Part shown: in pieces, positions 27,401 to 40,061 of the stretch
Position numbering within the stretch: the stretch's first letter is position 1
Layout: each line of letters begins with the position of its first letter
Notes under the pieces: generated by a model
The model's database searches: none
The model's input: only the letters and a program-made list of their open reading frames with translations
Told to the model about the DNA's origin: nothing
Position numbers and translations under genes: made by a program
Source: Eukaryota sp. TZLM1-RC
Lineage: Eukaryota > Protista > Metamonada: BaSk clade
DNA: 64,000 bases
Reading direction: 5' to 3'
Assembly: GCA_040285825.1 (NCBI GenBank)
Contig: JAUPSS010000016.1
Coordinates: 2,777 to 66,776 of the forward strand

Positions 27401-27500
27401 ATCAACGCAATCAATCACAATCAATCAACAACCGATTTAGGAAACCCAGTCAACAACTTTCCAACAGCTCAACAAAATCTTTTAATTCCTCTACAAATTC
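24466..27500 (+). CDS. gag: Long gag-like region (frameshifted): acidic/Pro-rich N-terminus with EVTRTDPAPS repeats, CCHC-like knuckle, RGG tail
   Basis: ORFs 24466, 24999, 26708; CTFC...GHTVFEC and RGGRGR motifs upstream of the protease. Confidence 0.7.
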
Positions 27501-27619
27501 ACCAAACCAGCTCTGATATCAATAGTATTTTTGATATTAATTCTACGGTTAGTAAAAACCACATCAGGTCCCAGCGTTCTCCATTTCCAAGACTGGAGAT
27601 ATCAATAAATGATATTAAA

Positions 27620-30600
27620 ATGATTGCGACTATAGATTCGGCTGCGTTTTGTTCAGTTATTACTGCAGATTTAGCTGAACAATGCCATATGTCAATCAAT
27701 AGCAAGGATACCATTAAGTTCTTACCAGCTAATAACGTATCCACAAAATCGCTAGGGAGTGCAACTGGTATTCTGTCGTTCAACGTAGGAAGCATTGCGC
27801 AACAAGTTCATTATAAACATACTCTTCCCATAATCCCGGGTTCGAACAAATTATTAATAATGACAGACATGTTAAAAGCACTTGGGCTTCAGACGGATGA
27901 TGGTCTTTTCATTAGATTAAACAAAGAACACCGCACTTTGCTAAATGCAGAATCAGAATTCGACTCTAGGATCGCTCAACATTCGATTGGGAACTTAGAT
28001 AACCAATCACCAAGTTCTTCTGATTTTGAGGAGCAATTAGCAAGATCTGGATGTGAGATAAATTTAGATGATAGTAATAATAAATTAAAATTAACGAGTC
28101 TACTAAAATTATTCAACGATGTTTTTAGTGAAACTCCTAATAGAAAAGGAATCGATTGTAATCCTCTAACAATCCGCTTTAGAGATGAGAATGCTATAGT
28201 ACACAAGCCTGCTAGACGGTTAAATCCTAGCAAAATGGAAATAGCAAACAAAATATTTGATGAACTGATCGAAATGGGTTTTGCAGTTGAATCTAATTAT
28301 AAATTCGGCTCTCCTATTGTCTTAGTTATATATCCTGACGGCAAGAAACCCAGGTTAACTGGAGACTTTAGTGGTAAAGATGGAGTTAATGCCCATACGA
28401 TTTCAGTAGAGCCTAATCTACCTAAAATTAGTGATATTTTAGAATTTTGAGTAGAGCAAATTACATCGCCACGCTTGATTTACCAAAAGCTTTCTGGCAG
28501 ATAAATGTAGCTGATAAGGATATTGAGAAAACATCAATCTCAATTCCTGGAAGGTCAATCATGTTTAATAGAGCTTGCTTCGGATTAAAGAACATCCCAG
28601 CAGTTTTTCAAAACGTAATGATGGAAATTTTCCAAATAGACGGCGTTTTCATATACATTGACGATATCATAATAGTTGGAACGACATTCGAAGAATTTTA
28701 TAAGAGATTACAAAGAGTCCTCCAATGCGCCAGAAATAGACGTGTAAATATAGGCTTACGTAAATGTAAATTCGTAACATCAAAACACCCTATCGACATT
28801 TTAGGAAGTACCTTCCAGGATAAAACTAGATTTATAAGTAAGAAAAAAATCGAAGCCTTGATGAGAATCCCTAGACCAAAAACAGTGAAAGAAGTTCGCT
28901 CATTGGTAGGATCCATCAATTATATTAGAGATTGGCTTCCAGGTATTTCTGAATTAATTGCTCCAATTAACGAGCTAATTAAAGGAAAACCCAGAATAAT
29001 TAAATGGACTAGCAAGCATGACGATTACTTAAAACAAATAAAAGACTTAATAGTAAACCACATGCCCCTTGATTTACCAGCTCCGGGCAAGCGAGTATTG
29101 ATAAGTACTGACGCTTCAGATGTAGCAGTAGGAGGTGTTATTTGGCAGGAAATTGAACCATACTCTCCTGCAGGAACCCCGCTGAATAAAAGGAAAGTGA
29201 AACCTTTGTCGTTCTATAGTAGATTACTTACAGAAACACAAAGAAAATGGTCCCCTTTACAAAAAGAATTATATGCAATACTTTTGATTTTAACTGAAAG
29301 TTGTTTAGAAAGCTACTTGTTAACTAGACATTTAACAATTTTCACAGATCATAAAAACATTGCGTTCCTGGCTACAGCCCCAGGAAAAAATAGAATTGTA
29401 AAGAGATGGCTGCCGATACTATCTGAATTCGACTTTGACATAGTCCACGAACCTGGTGAAGACAACCATTGGGCAGATATGTTATCGAGGAATATTGATT
29501 TGGGGTCAAAACGAGGAAATTCCTTCCATTTGTAGCATAAATATACCAGATACTTTACTTTCAAATTACGAGATACCTCCACTAGACGATGATTCTGATT
29601 TGGATCTTGAAGACATCCCATCAATTTCATCTCTAAGTAGACACCAAGACCTACCTATTTTTTCTTCTTGGTTCTCTAAGATAAGATCCGAACAACAAAT
29701 AGCCAAAAACAACAACGACTCGTTATTTGAAAATGCAATTCTAGATGAAAATACTCAAATTTGGAAAAATAATAAAAACAAAATTTTGATTCCAAAGAGC
29801 CTCAGAAAACAGGCACTACTTTTAATACATGGTTTGGTTCAATCTGGTCACCCTAGCAAAAACGATAGTTTACACAAACTATCCAAAAGCGATTTCTACT
29901 GGCCCAACATGAGAAAGGACCTCATTAAACATGTCAAAAGATGCCCAACTTGTCAAAAAACGGCTCCAGTTAAAAGATCAAAAACACCTTCCACAGGGTC
30001 TTTATGGGCAGATCGTCCTTTTGCCAGATTAAACGTCGATACAATTGGACCCCTAAATTCTGACAACGAAGGAAATAAATATCTTTTATTATTTGTAGAC
30101 TCTTTTACTGGATATACAATTCTAGTCCCTCTAAAAGAACTCAATGCCTTAGAAACCGCAGATGCCTTAATTTGGAATGTTTGCGCTATCTTTGGCATAC
30201 CTATGTTAATTCATAGTGATAATGGATCTGAGTTCGCCAATGAGACTTTCAAAATAGTGTGTAACAGATTAGCGATTGAGATGAGTAACTCAATTCCCCA
30301 CTATTCAGAAAGTAATGGACTTGTAGAACGTAAACATAGAGACGTTCTTCGATGCTTAAGGAAACTATTAATAGATTTCAACGATTACGGAAATTGGTGT
30401 ACATACGTACCTATATCCCAACTATTAATAAATTCTACTAAAAGCAGAAAAACTGGTTTTACCCCATACGAACTCATGTTCGGTTCTTCGATTAGCCCAA
30501 GAACAGATTCTGCTAATATATTAGGAAATTTATCCAAATTTGAAACTAATATCCCCTTATTAGATGACATCAAAATGAAAAACACTCGTCTACAAGAAAA

Positions 30601-30923
30601 AAGGGGAAAAAGCAGAGCATCACCAAACATTAAATACTCCGTCTTCAGAAGATAATACTAATTCGTGTTTTTTAGCATTTAATATTGGTGACTACGTCTT
30701 ACGTAAAACCAAGCAAAATAATAAATTGCATGGATCTTGGAATGGACCATTTTTAGTTATTGACCTTCCATCCAAATCCACTTTATTATTGAAGAATCTT
30801 ACTACTGGCACAGAATTAAAAGCTGCCAAGAAAGATTGCAAAATCTATAACGCAGAAAATCCACAGGACATTGAGTTCCTCAAGGCAGTCGCTGCAGGCG
30901 ATTCCGAAAAACACACGTTATAG
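27620..30923 (+). CDS. pol: pol region (frameshifted): aspartic protease, RT, RNase H, integrase
   Basis: IDSAA (PR); LDLPKAFWQ, FGLKN, YIDD (RT); TDAS, ELYA, TDH (RH); H..H..CPTC, DT.G, SDNGSEF, NGLVE (INT). Confidence 0.93.
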
Positions 30924-31162
30924 AGAAAATCCTCTCAGAATACCACTCTGATTCAGGTAGTTTCTGTACTGTTCAGTGGTTTGGCGGTGAAACAACGGAA
31001 GAGCCACTCCATTCAGTTAAACACTCAGAAGCTTATAAGTTATTTAGTAAGGATAACAAGAAAATGGGAAAACGTACCACTAGTCGACGACAAGGTACCT
31101 CCAATGAGTCTACGCCTTCTAAGAAGCCTAAACGCAGTAGTAGAATTAGGAAGAGGAGCTAA
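30917..31162 (+). CDS. Integrase-terminal chromodomain-like segment plus basic tail (no ORF-track entry)
   Basis: Manual translation VIEKILSEY...FCTVQWFGGETTEEPLHSV....AYKLF fits VE.IL...Y.VKW.G...TWEP. Confidence 0.7.
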   Translation, partial: VIEKILSEYHSDSGSFCTVQWFGGETTEEPLHSVKHSEAYKLFSKDNKKMGKRTTSRRQGTSNESTPSKKPKRSSRIRKRS

Positions 31163-31292
31163 TTCTTAGTTTATATCGAATATTATTTATATTATATCGA
31201 TTATATGTATTTATTATAGTTATTTAGTTATTTGTTATAGTTTTGTTTCATATTCATATAAGCTGATTTATTTTGAAAAAGGGAAGAAGCAG

Positions 31293-31371
31293 TGTTGGCG
31301 CCCTAAGGCTTATATAATATGAATAGAAAATAAATCAGACTTTTCTTTACTCCAATAGACTTTACGCAACA
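31293..31371 (+). repeat. 3' LTR (79 bp)
   Basis: Preceded by the polypurine tract, followed by the AATT TSD. Confidence 0.95.
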
Positions 31372-31781
31372 AATTAGCGTTTCAAGCTCTCAATTGTTCA
31401 TACGGTATGAGTCATACCGCATCTTTTCTGCAAGAAAAACTCGCATACAATTGTTTGATGGAGCAGGATGATAGGAACACATCATGGACGGTGACTTCAA
31501 AGTGTTGCAAGCTCAGTATTTCACGTTGATTGTTGATAAGAAAAATTGTATTATAAAACGTATTTTATACATCTATAAAGGATGTTGATCAATTATAATT
31601 GTTGCAAGAACTCATGTACTGAACAATGCTACTGTGTTTCCTGCAATGTTGGGCGATTTGGGCGATCAACAAAAACTGCCCGATTGAAATGCGCGAAACA
31701 CGGTATTCAAAACAGCAGTTATATCGGTTGCAATCTCGAATCATAATTGTAATTGATTTCCAAAGATGTTTGATAAAAACA

Positions 31782-31854
31782 CGACCCAGGTAGGACTCGA
31801 ACCCACAACCTTTTAATTCGTAGTCAAACGCGCTTCCAATTACGCCACAGGGTC
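31782..31854 (-). tRNA. tRNA-Arg(ACG)
   Basis: GACCCTG..TGGCGTAATTGG..TTTGA-CTACGAA-TTAAA..GGTTCGAGTCC..TGGGTCG; downstream T5 terminator. Confidence 0.93.
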
Positions 31855-33859
31855 TCTGTTAATGACTCCTGTGCACCATTTAACGATCGCAATGAATTAT
31901 TGAAAGAGATTAATAGTAATAAAGATACTCTCATTGGTTTCAAGAACAATTGAAATAAATCAACGTCTTCTGTTTCTGTAATTTAATTTGAGCAATGACC
32001 TACAATCTAAAGTCTTGTTTCAAGTGAATTTGATTTTTACCAGTGCAAATGGGTCTCCGAGTCAATTCGCTGCCTTCAGTTGTTCATCAATTTTGTTCTA
32101 GAATATAAAGGTATGTTCCACAAACTCTGTCACCAAAATGGAATCTTTCAATCTTCTGACAATCTTCAATCTTTTGGAAAGATGGAAAAATATCTTCTCA
32201 TTTAGAGGTCCCATTCGTCATTTTCATAATACTTGACACAGCATTACTGAATATCATATCGGGGAACCTGCTTATGAGTAAAACTACCTGTCATTTAAAT
32301 AATTCGTTCTCATGTATTTGTTTGTTTAGTTCATGAATTTTCACTTTTGGGAGTACATTTTTATACTATTCTTTGCACAACAATAACTTTTCCTTAAATT
32401 TAAGTTTTTATTGGAACTGAAGCTTATGTTTTCATTCTCTATTTTGATATAATCTCTCATCATGGGACAGCAACCTTTTTCCCATGATTGAACCATTTTA
32501 ACCAAAACTCTGGTTTACTAATAATTTGAGTTACTGGTTGTTTTGGTACGACGTGATTTTGAATTACTCGGACAATTGCATTCCAGGAATGATATGAAAA
32601 GAGGGATTCAATAGTGAATCAATCAATTCAAAAGGTGCTTTCCTGATTGCACTAATATAAAGAATACTTATAACAACTAGGTCCCAAGCAATTGTGTCGC
32701 AGCAACCTCCACAAGTCCTTGATTAAAATGTTTCTGTTGAACTGCAATCCTGAGTTCAAAATATGTGTTGATCAAATGTAAATGAAAATTTGTTATTAGA
32801 TCTTGCTATCTCCAAACGTGTCAGCAAAATTACTGTTCAAAAGCAATTGTTGCAGTGAAGGAGAAGTATTGGAGAGAGAGTTGGACATGTGGTAGACAGA
32901 AGGATAACAATAAGAGACATCTCGTGATGAATCTTTCTGATTAGAGAAAGCACGGTGAAGCGGTTGCGAGGAGCGGGTGTTGCAAAGATTTTCATCAATC
33001 TCCCCTTCAATTGAGGGATGTGATCGGGGATTGAAATTGGAAGATGGACGAGTCTTGGTGGCTGTCTTCAACGGTGTATAGGCTTCATTAGTGGTGAACA
33101 CAATTGCATCCACTATTCCTGACTCTTTGCGCGTATGATATGTTGAAGGTTACCACGAGTACATACTAAACCTATTTACTCAGCAGGTGGTCGACCCTCA
33201 TCGTGTCGACACTATGTTGACGCTAGACAATGTTACTTTCATTTCAGACAACACCACCTTCATTTTCACTGCTGGGCCAAATATTTTATCCTTTCTGGAA
33301 AATATTACATCTGATATTATGCGAAAAAGTGCCGTCTGTCCATCCCCCCGTTATTCTCCTGGCTTTATTTTTTTAATCAATAACTGCAAAAGCATTTTCC
33401 CTCTCCTAATGCCAACCACTGTCTGCTGAAAGAACCGTTTGGTTTTTCAGAAATAGAAAGTATCTGACTTACACAATACGTTCAGATGCTGTTTCAATCC
33501 ACTTCACATTTTCCTTTGCCCCCAATGAAACCAAGAATCGCCGCAAAACCAGAGAGTTCGCAACCACCAAAGCCAGTGAAGAACACGATATGCATGCCAA
33601 GAGTCGAAAGCGAAATTCCAGATTTCAACATCAGGTTCGGCCTAGGCAACGTCGAAGAAATGATGACGCCTGCGAGCCTTTTCCTGTTGATCCAATGGAA
33701 TACTCACTTTGTGCAATTGATCTCAACCAGAAAAATTTGTGTGGTTATTCAATTGGATCAACAATAGATAATAACAATGTTGACCATCAACTCCTGGGCA
33801 TTGTTCTAAATCCGGGATAAATTCTAGGGACATCTCAGCCTCCAGAAACCAACCGGAGG

Positions 33860-34197
33860 GTAAAATCTTTTTCAAAAAGTGGAAATGGCAATAGAGCGAA
33901 AATATGGACATGGAAACATATTGTGCATATTGTCCTTCGCCAAAGAAAAAAACATTCCCTGTTTGTAAATACTTTACTGCATCCCATCAACAAAGAGTAT
34001 CCACTAGTAATCTTTGTCGTCACGTTGAAGGAAAGCCATCGAATAAATCTCGTGTAACAACCGGTAGGTTGAAAACCCATCTCTATGAATACCACAAAGG
34101 GTGGCTGAGTGACACACCGCAAGTCAATTCTCATACAGCTATTACAGAGCTCTTAGGTATAAAACAAACCGTTTTTTATTTCAATTGTCTGAGTTGA
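33860..34197 (+). pseudogene. Possible BED zinc-finger remnant (transposon-derived)
   Basis: WKW..YCAYC...STSNLCRH...H pattern; interrupted by a stop. Confidence 0.3.
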
Positions 34198-34530
34198 TGG
34201 TATGGTTAAAAAACGATCAAATTAAAATACTTGAAACACTGAAGTAAAAAATAGGTAGTCACATTAGTTTTTTATATAATTAATTGTCAGTAAAATGATT
34301 TGTTTACACCTATATAAGAAATACTTCAATTTATTAATAAATAGCAAACCACTTCGACCAATTACTACAACACTGTCAAGGTCAGTAATGGTTAACTTCA
34401 CTCTGGATCTGAATAAACGTAAATAGGCTGCTTGGAATCAACTTATGAGAATGTGGATATGGAAGTGGAAATGAAACCCAAAAGTGAAAAGGAAAGGATT
34501 CTACTTTGTTAAGTCTAGTATCTCCAAATC

Positions 34531-36792
34531 ATGACCCACAACCACTGTTGTAACTTTGTTTGTAACTCTACACCTTCTTGTTCCCCAAATTCTCCTCCCA
34601 ATCTCCAACCTCGTAATGGTTGTTTGTCTTCTCAACATGACTCCATTGCTTTACAGGTACCAACCAATCGGCATTTAGGGGTTCACTCCATTTCTGTAGG
34701 TTGGGGTTTTACAGTTCTCCTCACATATTCTGGTGAGGTTTATGGTTGGGGTGACAATTACTCTGATCAAGTTCTTTATAATGGACCTCAACCAATCTCT
34801 ACTCCAATCAAACTACCTTTAAATAATATTATTTCCATTTCGGCTGGTTTACACCATTCACTTGCCCTCTCTTCTGAAGGTAAGTTGTTTGGTTGGGGTT
34901 CGAATAATCACCATCAAATTAATATTTCAAAAAATAGGTCACTACCAGTTACTCCAATAAACCTTCCTTATGATATTAAAGTGGCTTATGGTGGTTTTAA
35001 GTATTCGTTTGCTTTAACGCAAGAAGGTCAAGTTGTTAAATGGGGAGAGGGCGATTCTTTTGAAGTTATGGAAAGTTTAAATAATATTGTTTTAATTTCA
35101 ATGAGTGGTGATTTATTTGTAGCAATTACAGGAAATTGTAATGTCTTTTCCATTTACAAGAATTGTAAATGTGGCGAATCTTACACTTTATTTGTTGAGA
35201 TACCCATAGGCAATCATTGTTTGCCACAAGAATTATTTCATAAGTCTTTTTTATTTGATGGTGATCTTTTATTTGTCATTGACTTTAATGGTGATGTTTG
35301 GAAGTTTAACAAGGGTGATGATGATGTTCCTTTCAATAACAAACCCACCAAAGTTCCAGGGTTGAATAATATTGTTTCTATTAGTGGTCATGATGGTATT
35401 TATGCTGCCATTGATTTTGATGGTAAAGTTTTTTTATGGGGTTGGTTGAGTAGATTAAGTGATGATTTAAAAGATCATATTGAACCGTTATACCATAACA
35501 CTTTCAATAATATACAAGGCATTTCTGTTTGTTTTGATCATCTATTGGTTTACAATGATAACACTGTTTGGGCCTGGGGAAGGAATGATAAAGGTCAATT
35601 AGGTACAGGTGATTTGATTGATCGACCACAACCTGTCAAAGTATTTGGATCTGAAATACTTGGCAGTTTCCATTATCCAAATCAACCTTTGGATAGCATG
35701 TTTAGTGGTCTCATTAAGCTTGTTTATTGGGAATATTTAAATTATTTGCAAAAGCTCTTTGGTAATCATCCATATACCAAAGCACGATTTTACTGCAAAT
35801 GTGGTGTTAGTAAAAGGGTAGTTCAATGTACCAGAACAATCATAAATGTTCATCCGATTCAAAATATGATGTTTTTAAAAAATCTCCAAGATTTTATTTT
35901 AAATGAAAATATTTCTGATTTACAATTGAGATTATCTACTGGTCATAATGGTCCCAAAGTAATTAATACTAGAATTAAAAAACTTGATGTTTACTATGAT
36001 ATGGTTGATCACGATCCACAATTATTGTCGTTTTTCCCAAATGTTGAGGTTGTCAACCTTGGTGGAAGGTCAAGTTCCGGCAGAAGGTCTATAGACTTGA
36101 CACATTTATCAAATCTGAAATCTCTAGAACTTGATTTTCCATGCAATATTCAGAAATTACCCACTTCACTAGTGAAATTAGTACTTAAAAATTGTGATGT
36201 TGGTGTCACTGATATATGCTATCTCACATCATTAAAGGAATTGGTGGTGTTCTCTCATTATGAATTCGATATAAACCTATTACCCACTTCACTAGTGAAG
36301 TTGGTGTTAGCTTGCAGTGTCAAAGGGAGTAGTGATTTAAGTTATCTTACATCATTAAAGGAGTTGAAGGTATATAGACCCGGTAATCTTTCAAAATCAA
36401 TATTAGAAGGACAAATTCCTTTAGCACAATTGATTGCTAGATTGGAATTAAAATTGTGGACTATAGTCGATATTCAAATACGATTACTAAGCTTGAAGGA
36501 ATTGATAGTTCATCGCAGTGTTGCTACCAATATCACTGAACAAAACTTTCCTTCTTTGAAATTCATTCAATTGATTAAACCTGATAAAGGCAGTCTGTCA
36601 GATTCTACCCTATCTCCAACAAAACTTATTGATCAAGGTTTAATAAAATCTATCACTCTAATTAAGGGTTCTTATTTAGTTGAATTAATTTCTTTTCCAT
36701 GGTGGATTCAGTATTCAGCTGAAAGGTATTTGATGGATTTTTTCCGCGATTATGTAGATAATACTCTAAACGCCCCCCTCCCCCTAATATAA
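34531..36792 (+). CDS. RCC1-repeat + leucine-rich (FNIP/LRR-like) repeat protein
   Basis: GEVYGWGDN, ISAGLHHSLAL..GKLFGWGSN, VWAWGRNDKGQLGTG (RCC1); LPTSLVKL / LTSLKEL repeats. Confidence 0.85.
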   Translation: MTHNHCCNFVCNSTPSCSPNSPPNLQPRNGCLSSQHDSIALQVPTNRHLGVHSISVGWGFTVLLTYSGEVYGWGDNYSDQVLYNGPQPISTPIKLPLNNIISISAGLHHSLALSSEGKLFGWGSNNHHQINISKNRSLPVTPINLPYDIKVAYGGFKYSFALTQEGQVVKWGEGDSFEVMESLNNIVLISMSGDLFVAITGNCNVFSIYKNCKCGESYTLFVEIPIGNHCLPQELFHKSFLFDGDLLFVIDFNGDVWKFNKGDDDVPFNNKPTKVPGLNNIVSISGHDGIYAAIDFDGKVFLWGWLSRLSDDLKDHIEPLYHNTFNNIQGISVCFDHLLVYNDNTVWAWGRNDKGQLGTGDLIDRPQPVKVFGSEILGSFHYPNQPLDSMFSGLIKLVYWEYLNYLQKLFGNHPYTKARFYCKCGVSKRVVQCTRTIINVHPIQNMMFLKNLQDFILNENISDLQLRLSTGHNGPKVINTRIKKLDVYYDMVDHDPQLLSFFPNVEVVNLGGRSSSGRRSIDLTHLSNLKSLELDFPCNIQKLPTSLVKLVLKNCDVGVTDICYLTSLKELVVFSHYEFDINLLPTSLVKLVLACSVKGSSDLSYLTSLKELKVYRPGNLSKSILEGQIPLAQLIARLELKLWTIVDIQIRLLSLKELIVHRSVATNITEQNFPSLKFIQLIKPDKGSLSDSTLSPTKLIDQGLIKSITLIKGSYLVELISFPWWIQYSAERYLMDFFRDYVDNTLNAPLPLI

Positions 36793-37127
36793 TTTTTTGA
36801 TTTTGAAATTTAATCTTTGAGTTATACTATAGTCCTTTATTGTAGCCCAATTTGTTATTCTTCATTTAACACAATGGCACAAATTTCTTACACTGTGGCT
36901 TACAGTCGACTATTTGGACCTTTCTTTATGGTCAAGTATGAAATTGTTCAGGTATATAATCAACAAGAATCCCATTCAGTAGCAGAGTTAGTTGATTTGT
37001 TATTTTTATAGCATGTAGCAAACTTTACTGAGTTTTTTACTAAATTAATTTTTTGATCTGCTATAGACTGACATTAACTTAAGAAAAGCCCTCACCCTAG
37101 CTTTTTGAGGGGGGGGGGGCTTTAGAG
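36764..37127. mobile_element. MITE-like insertion with ctctaaa(c)gccccc terminal inverted repeats, flanked by TAATA on both sides
   Basis: Left TAATA|ctctaaacgcccccc; right ggggggctttagag|TAATA; non-coding interior. Confidence 0.65.
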
Positions 37128-37479
37128 TAATATTGGTCAAATCATAAATTACACTTAGTTAAATCATAAATTTAAAGTTTTTTGTATTTCCCAAAAATTA
37201 ACAATTCAATGTAATTACACAAAATATTTGTTAAATGTAGGTAATTTTTTGGATCTATTCATTGTTTAGAATCTTACTAATGCCACATAGTCTACAATTC
37301 CTCAAGTTTGGTTTGCGACAGTCATTAAACAAAATGAAATCACTTTCAATTCAGATTCCATCAGATTCTGATTAAACTCCCCACTTTTATCAATACAAAA
37401 ATGACTGATAGTTCAAGGTGGTATGTGCCAATGGCAATTTCTCTATTTTGCAGACAAATGCTACATGCCTGTAAGTTTG

Positions 37480-37863
37480 ACAATATTGAAATTCTGAACA
37501 TTCCATTATCCAAAACAAACATGTTTACAGGAACAAGGTTGAAATCTGTTGAACAGAATTATGTTGAAAGATTTTTTGTTTAAAATTGCAATGAACTCTT
37601 TTTGACAATTTTGTATTTAAGACCGTTCAGCCAAAATTTCATGCATGGATGGTCACAACATTGAATAAGACCTGAAGCTGATGATAATAAACAACCGCAG
37701 TAGTGTCTACAAGTTGTATCCTTTAAATTTCCCAATACAAATCTCTTCCATGGCGTTAAGTCCAAATCTATCAAGGATGTATTTGAAGACTAAAATTTTT
37801 GAAAGGTATTTGATTGATATTTTTCTTGATTATGTTAATGCAAATTCAAATTATGCTATGTAA
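37480..37863 (+). pseudogene. Degenerate 3' remnant of an RCC1-LRR paralog
   Basis: FERYLIDIFLDYV vs AERYLMDFFRDYV; LSPNL vs LSPTKL. Confidence 0.5.
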
Positions 37864-38219
37864 AAAGATTCTATTTTTATATTTTTATATTTTATATTTT
37901 TTTATTGTTGTTTCTTGGTTTTTATGTCATCAATTCTGAGTTAATGAATTCGAACGTTTTAAAGAAAGTTGTCTTTGATTACGGTTTTGCATCTTAAGTC
38001 TTGATGCTTCACTGGTCATCTGGTTTAGACAGAAATGTTTTTGATTCAGTTGTTGAGTTAAATAAAAAATAAAAACAAATTAAAAATACGACTTTTTTTA
38101 AACTTGGAATTTGATTCTGAATATTCCTCAACTAAAGTGAATAATTCTATTTTTTATTAAAAAATGTCAATTTTTATCTGTTTTCAAAATACTTTTGTAA
38201 CAGTTTTTGGAATATTTTC

Positions 38220-39786
38220 CTCAGAAAATGGAACTCAAGACCTTCAAGATAATAAGGTCCTGTATTACTGCATACAATGAACCTCAATGTCTACCACCAA
38301 CAAGGCTGCAAATGTAAAATATATTGCAAATAAGGCAAGTATTCAATCAAAACTCAGGGCCAACAATTTTTATTCACATAGGGAGATTATGCAAGATGTT
38401 AAACAAGAGGTTGCGGGGGTTGAAGTAAACTATGTCACCGCTTGGAGAGCAAAACAAATATGTATGGATAAAATTTTTGGCACTCATGAAGAAAATTTTA
38501 CTAAGTTGCCACTGTACCAAAACGAACTTCAGAAAGTGGATCCTGATTCAGTTCTGCTGTATTAACTGGAGGGGTCAATTTTTGACAAATTATTTAACAT
38601 ATGGAAACGAAGACAAGAGGTGTTTTGTTAGCTGCATCTGGTATTGATGCACAAGGCCAAATTTTCCCATTAGCCTTCGCACTGGGGAAAACTGAGTCAA
38701 AAGACACATGGTGTTGGTTTCTGAGTCACTTGTCTGTTCATATTGACCATTCAAACCCACCTTTATTTCTGACCGACAGACAGGATTAATCGATGCTGTG
38801 TCAACTGTTTTTGTGGGAGCTAAACATGCCTATTGCCTTCGTCATTTGTGGCAAAATTGTTTAATGAAATTAAAGACTGAAGAATTAACGTCAAAACTAT
38901 GGATTTATTGTGGCTTTAGCGAAATCAAAAAACCAGTCCGAGTATGAAGAGGCATATGAGCAGATGCAGGCTGTATCCAACAAAGCAGTTGCTTGGTTTG
39001 AGAACATTGGAAAGGAGCATTATGTAGACGCTTTTTTTCAGGACGTCGATACGGCCACTATACTAGTAATTTAGCAGAGTCCTTAAATCATTGGTTGAAA
39101 AGAGTGAGGGAAATGCCTGCTGTTGAAATGTTGGAATGTATCAGACGACAAATGCGTCAATGGTATGATAAAAGACATTCAGAAGCAGTGAGCTTGCTCA
39201 GCAAAAGTTGTAACAAAGGTTTCGGAAAAGTATTAAAAATTGTGGAACAACGTACTATTTTAGCTAGAACGTTCAAAACAAATGACAGCAATGATGGTTT
39301 ATATAAGTTGTTGGTTTAAGAAACAGTACTTTTACCGTAGACTTTAACAGCAAAAAATGTAGTTGTAATGGGTGGCAAAATGATGGATACCCTTGTACTC
39401 GCAGTTTGGCTGTTTATTTAAAGAAGCATGTTGTGCCATTTGATGGTATAGCTGAAATTCATATAAATTTATATAGTTTAGAGTATTACAAAAAGTCTTA
39501 CGAAACAAGTATTCCCATTGTTGCTGATCGAAGTGAATGGGAGTTCAAGTCTAAATTTCAAACGGTGGATCCTCCTAGTGTGTCCAAAGTGGGTGGACGA
39601 CCACGCAAGAAGCGAATTGATACCTTTTCTCAACAAAGAAAGAGACAAAGAGTTGCACTGGTACAGGATGATTGGTTGTCCTTGTTCCAAGAAGACAATG
39701 TCCCAGAACTCATCGACGTGGACGATGTTTATCCAGACTCAGACATGGAAAATCATTTCGACTTGCTGAATGACGATGTAGCATAA
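38220..39786 (+). mobile_element. Degenerate MuDR/MULE transposase with SWIM finger
   Basis: VNYVTAWRAK; LLAASGIDAQGQIFPLAFA..ES.DTW.WFL; LTDR; YCLRHL; YGHYTSNLAESLN; CSC..WQ..GYPC; GRPRKKR. Confidence 0.88.
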
Positions 39787-40061
39787 ACTAGTATTAATAA
39801 TAAACACTTTGATGACAAATGGTCTTTATCAGCTCTAAAGTGATATAAACTCTTCGTATAGGTGATGTTAACGTTGATATAACCTCAACTGAAAGTAACA
39901 GTGTCAGGAGAATGGCTGATGGAATATAAGCAAAGGTAGCCCGAAACGTGAGCATTTTTGAAATTGCAAAGTGAAAACGTGATGGAGCATTTTTGTATGT
40001 CACAAGATGCAGAAAGATTTGATTCATTTATCCACAACTTCTACGAGCTGACTTCAGCCTG

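Larger units (their letters stand above)
24310..31371 (+). mobile_element. Full-length Ty3/Gypsy LTR retrotransposon with C-terminal chromodomain, multiply frameshifted
   Basis: TG..CA LTRs at 24310-24388 and 31293-31371 (4 differences in 79 bp); AATT target-site duplication; PPT aaaaagggaagaagcag; domain order gag-PR-RT-RH-INT-chromo. Confidence 0.95.

Noticed and set aside
31371-31854. tRNA-targeted integration of the Gypsy element
   Set aside because: The element ends ~410 bp downstream of tRNA-Arg; a single instance at that distance is not evidence
31900-33850. Short ORFs 32796-33113, 33187-33429, 33486-33820
   Set aside because: No recognisable domains; probably decayed element sequence
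37085-37120. Telomere-like or G-quadruplex repeat
   Set aside because: Better explained as the right TIR of the 36764-37127 MITE
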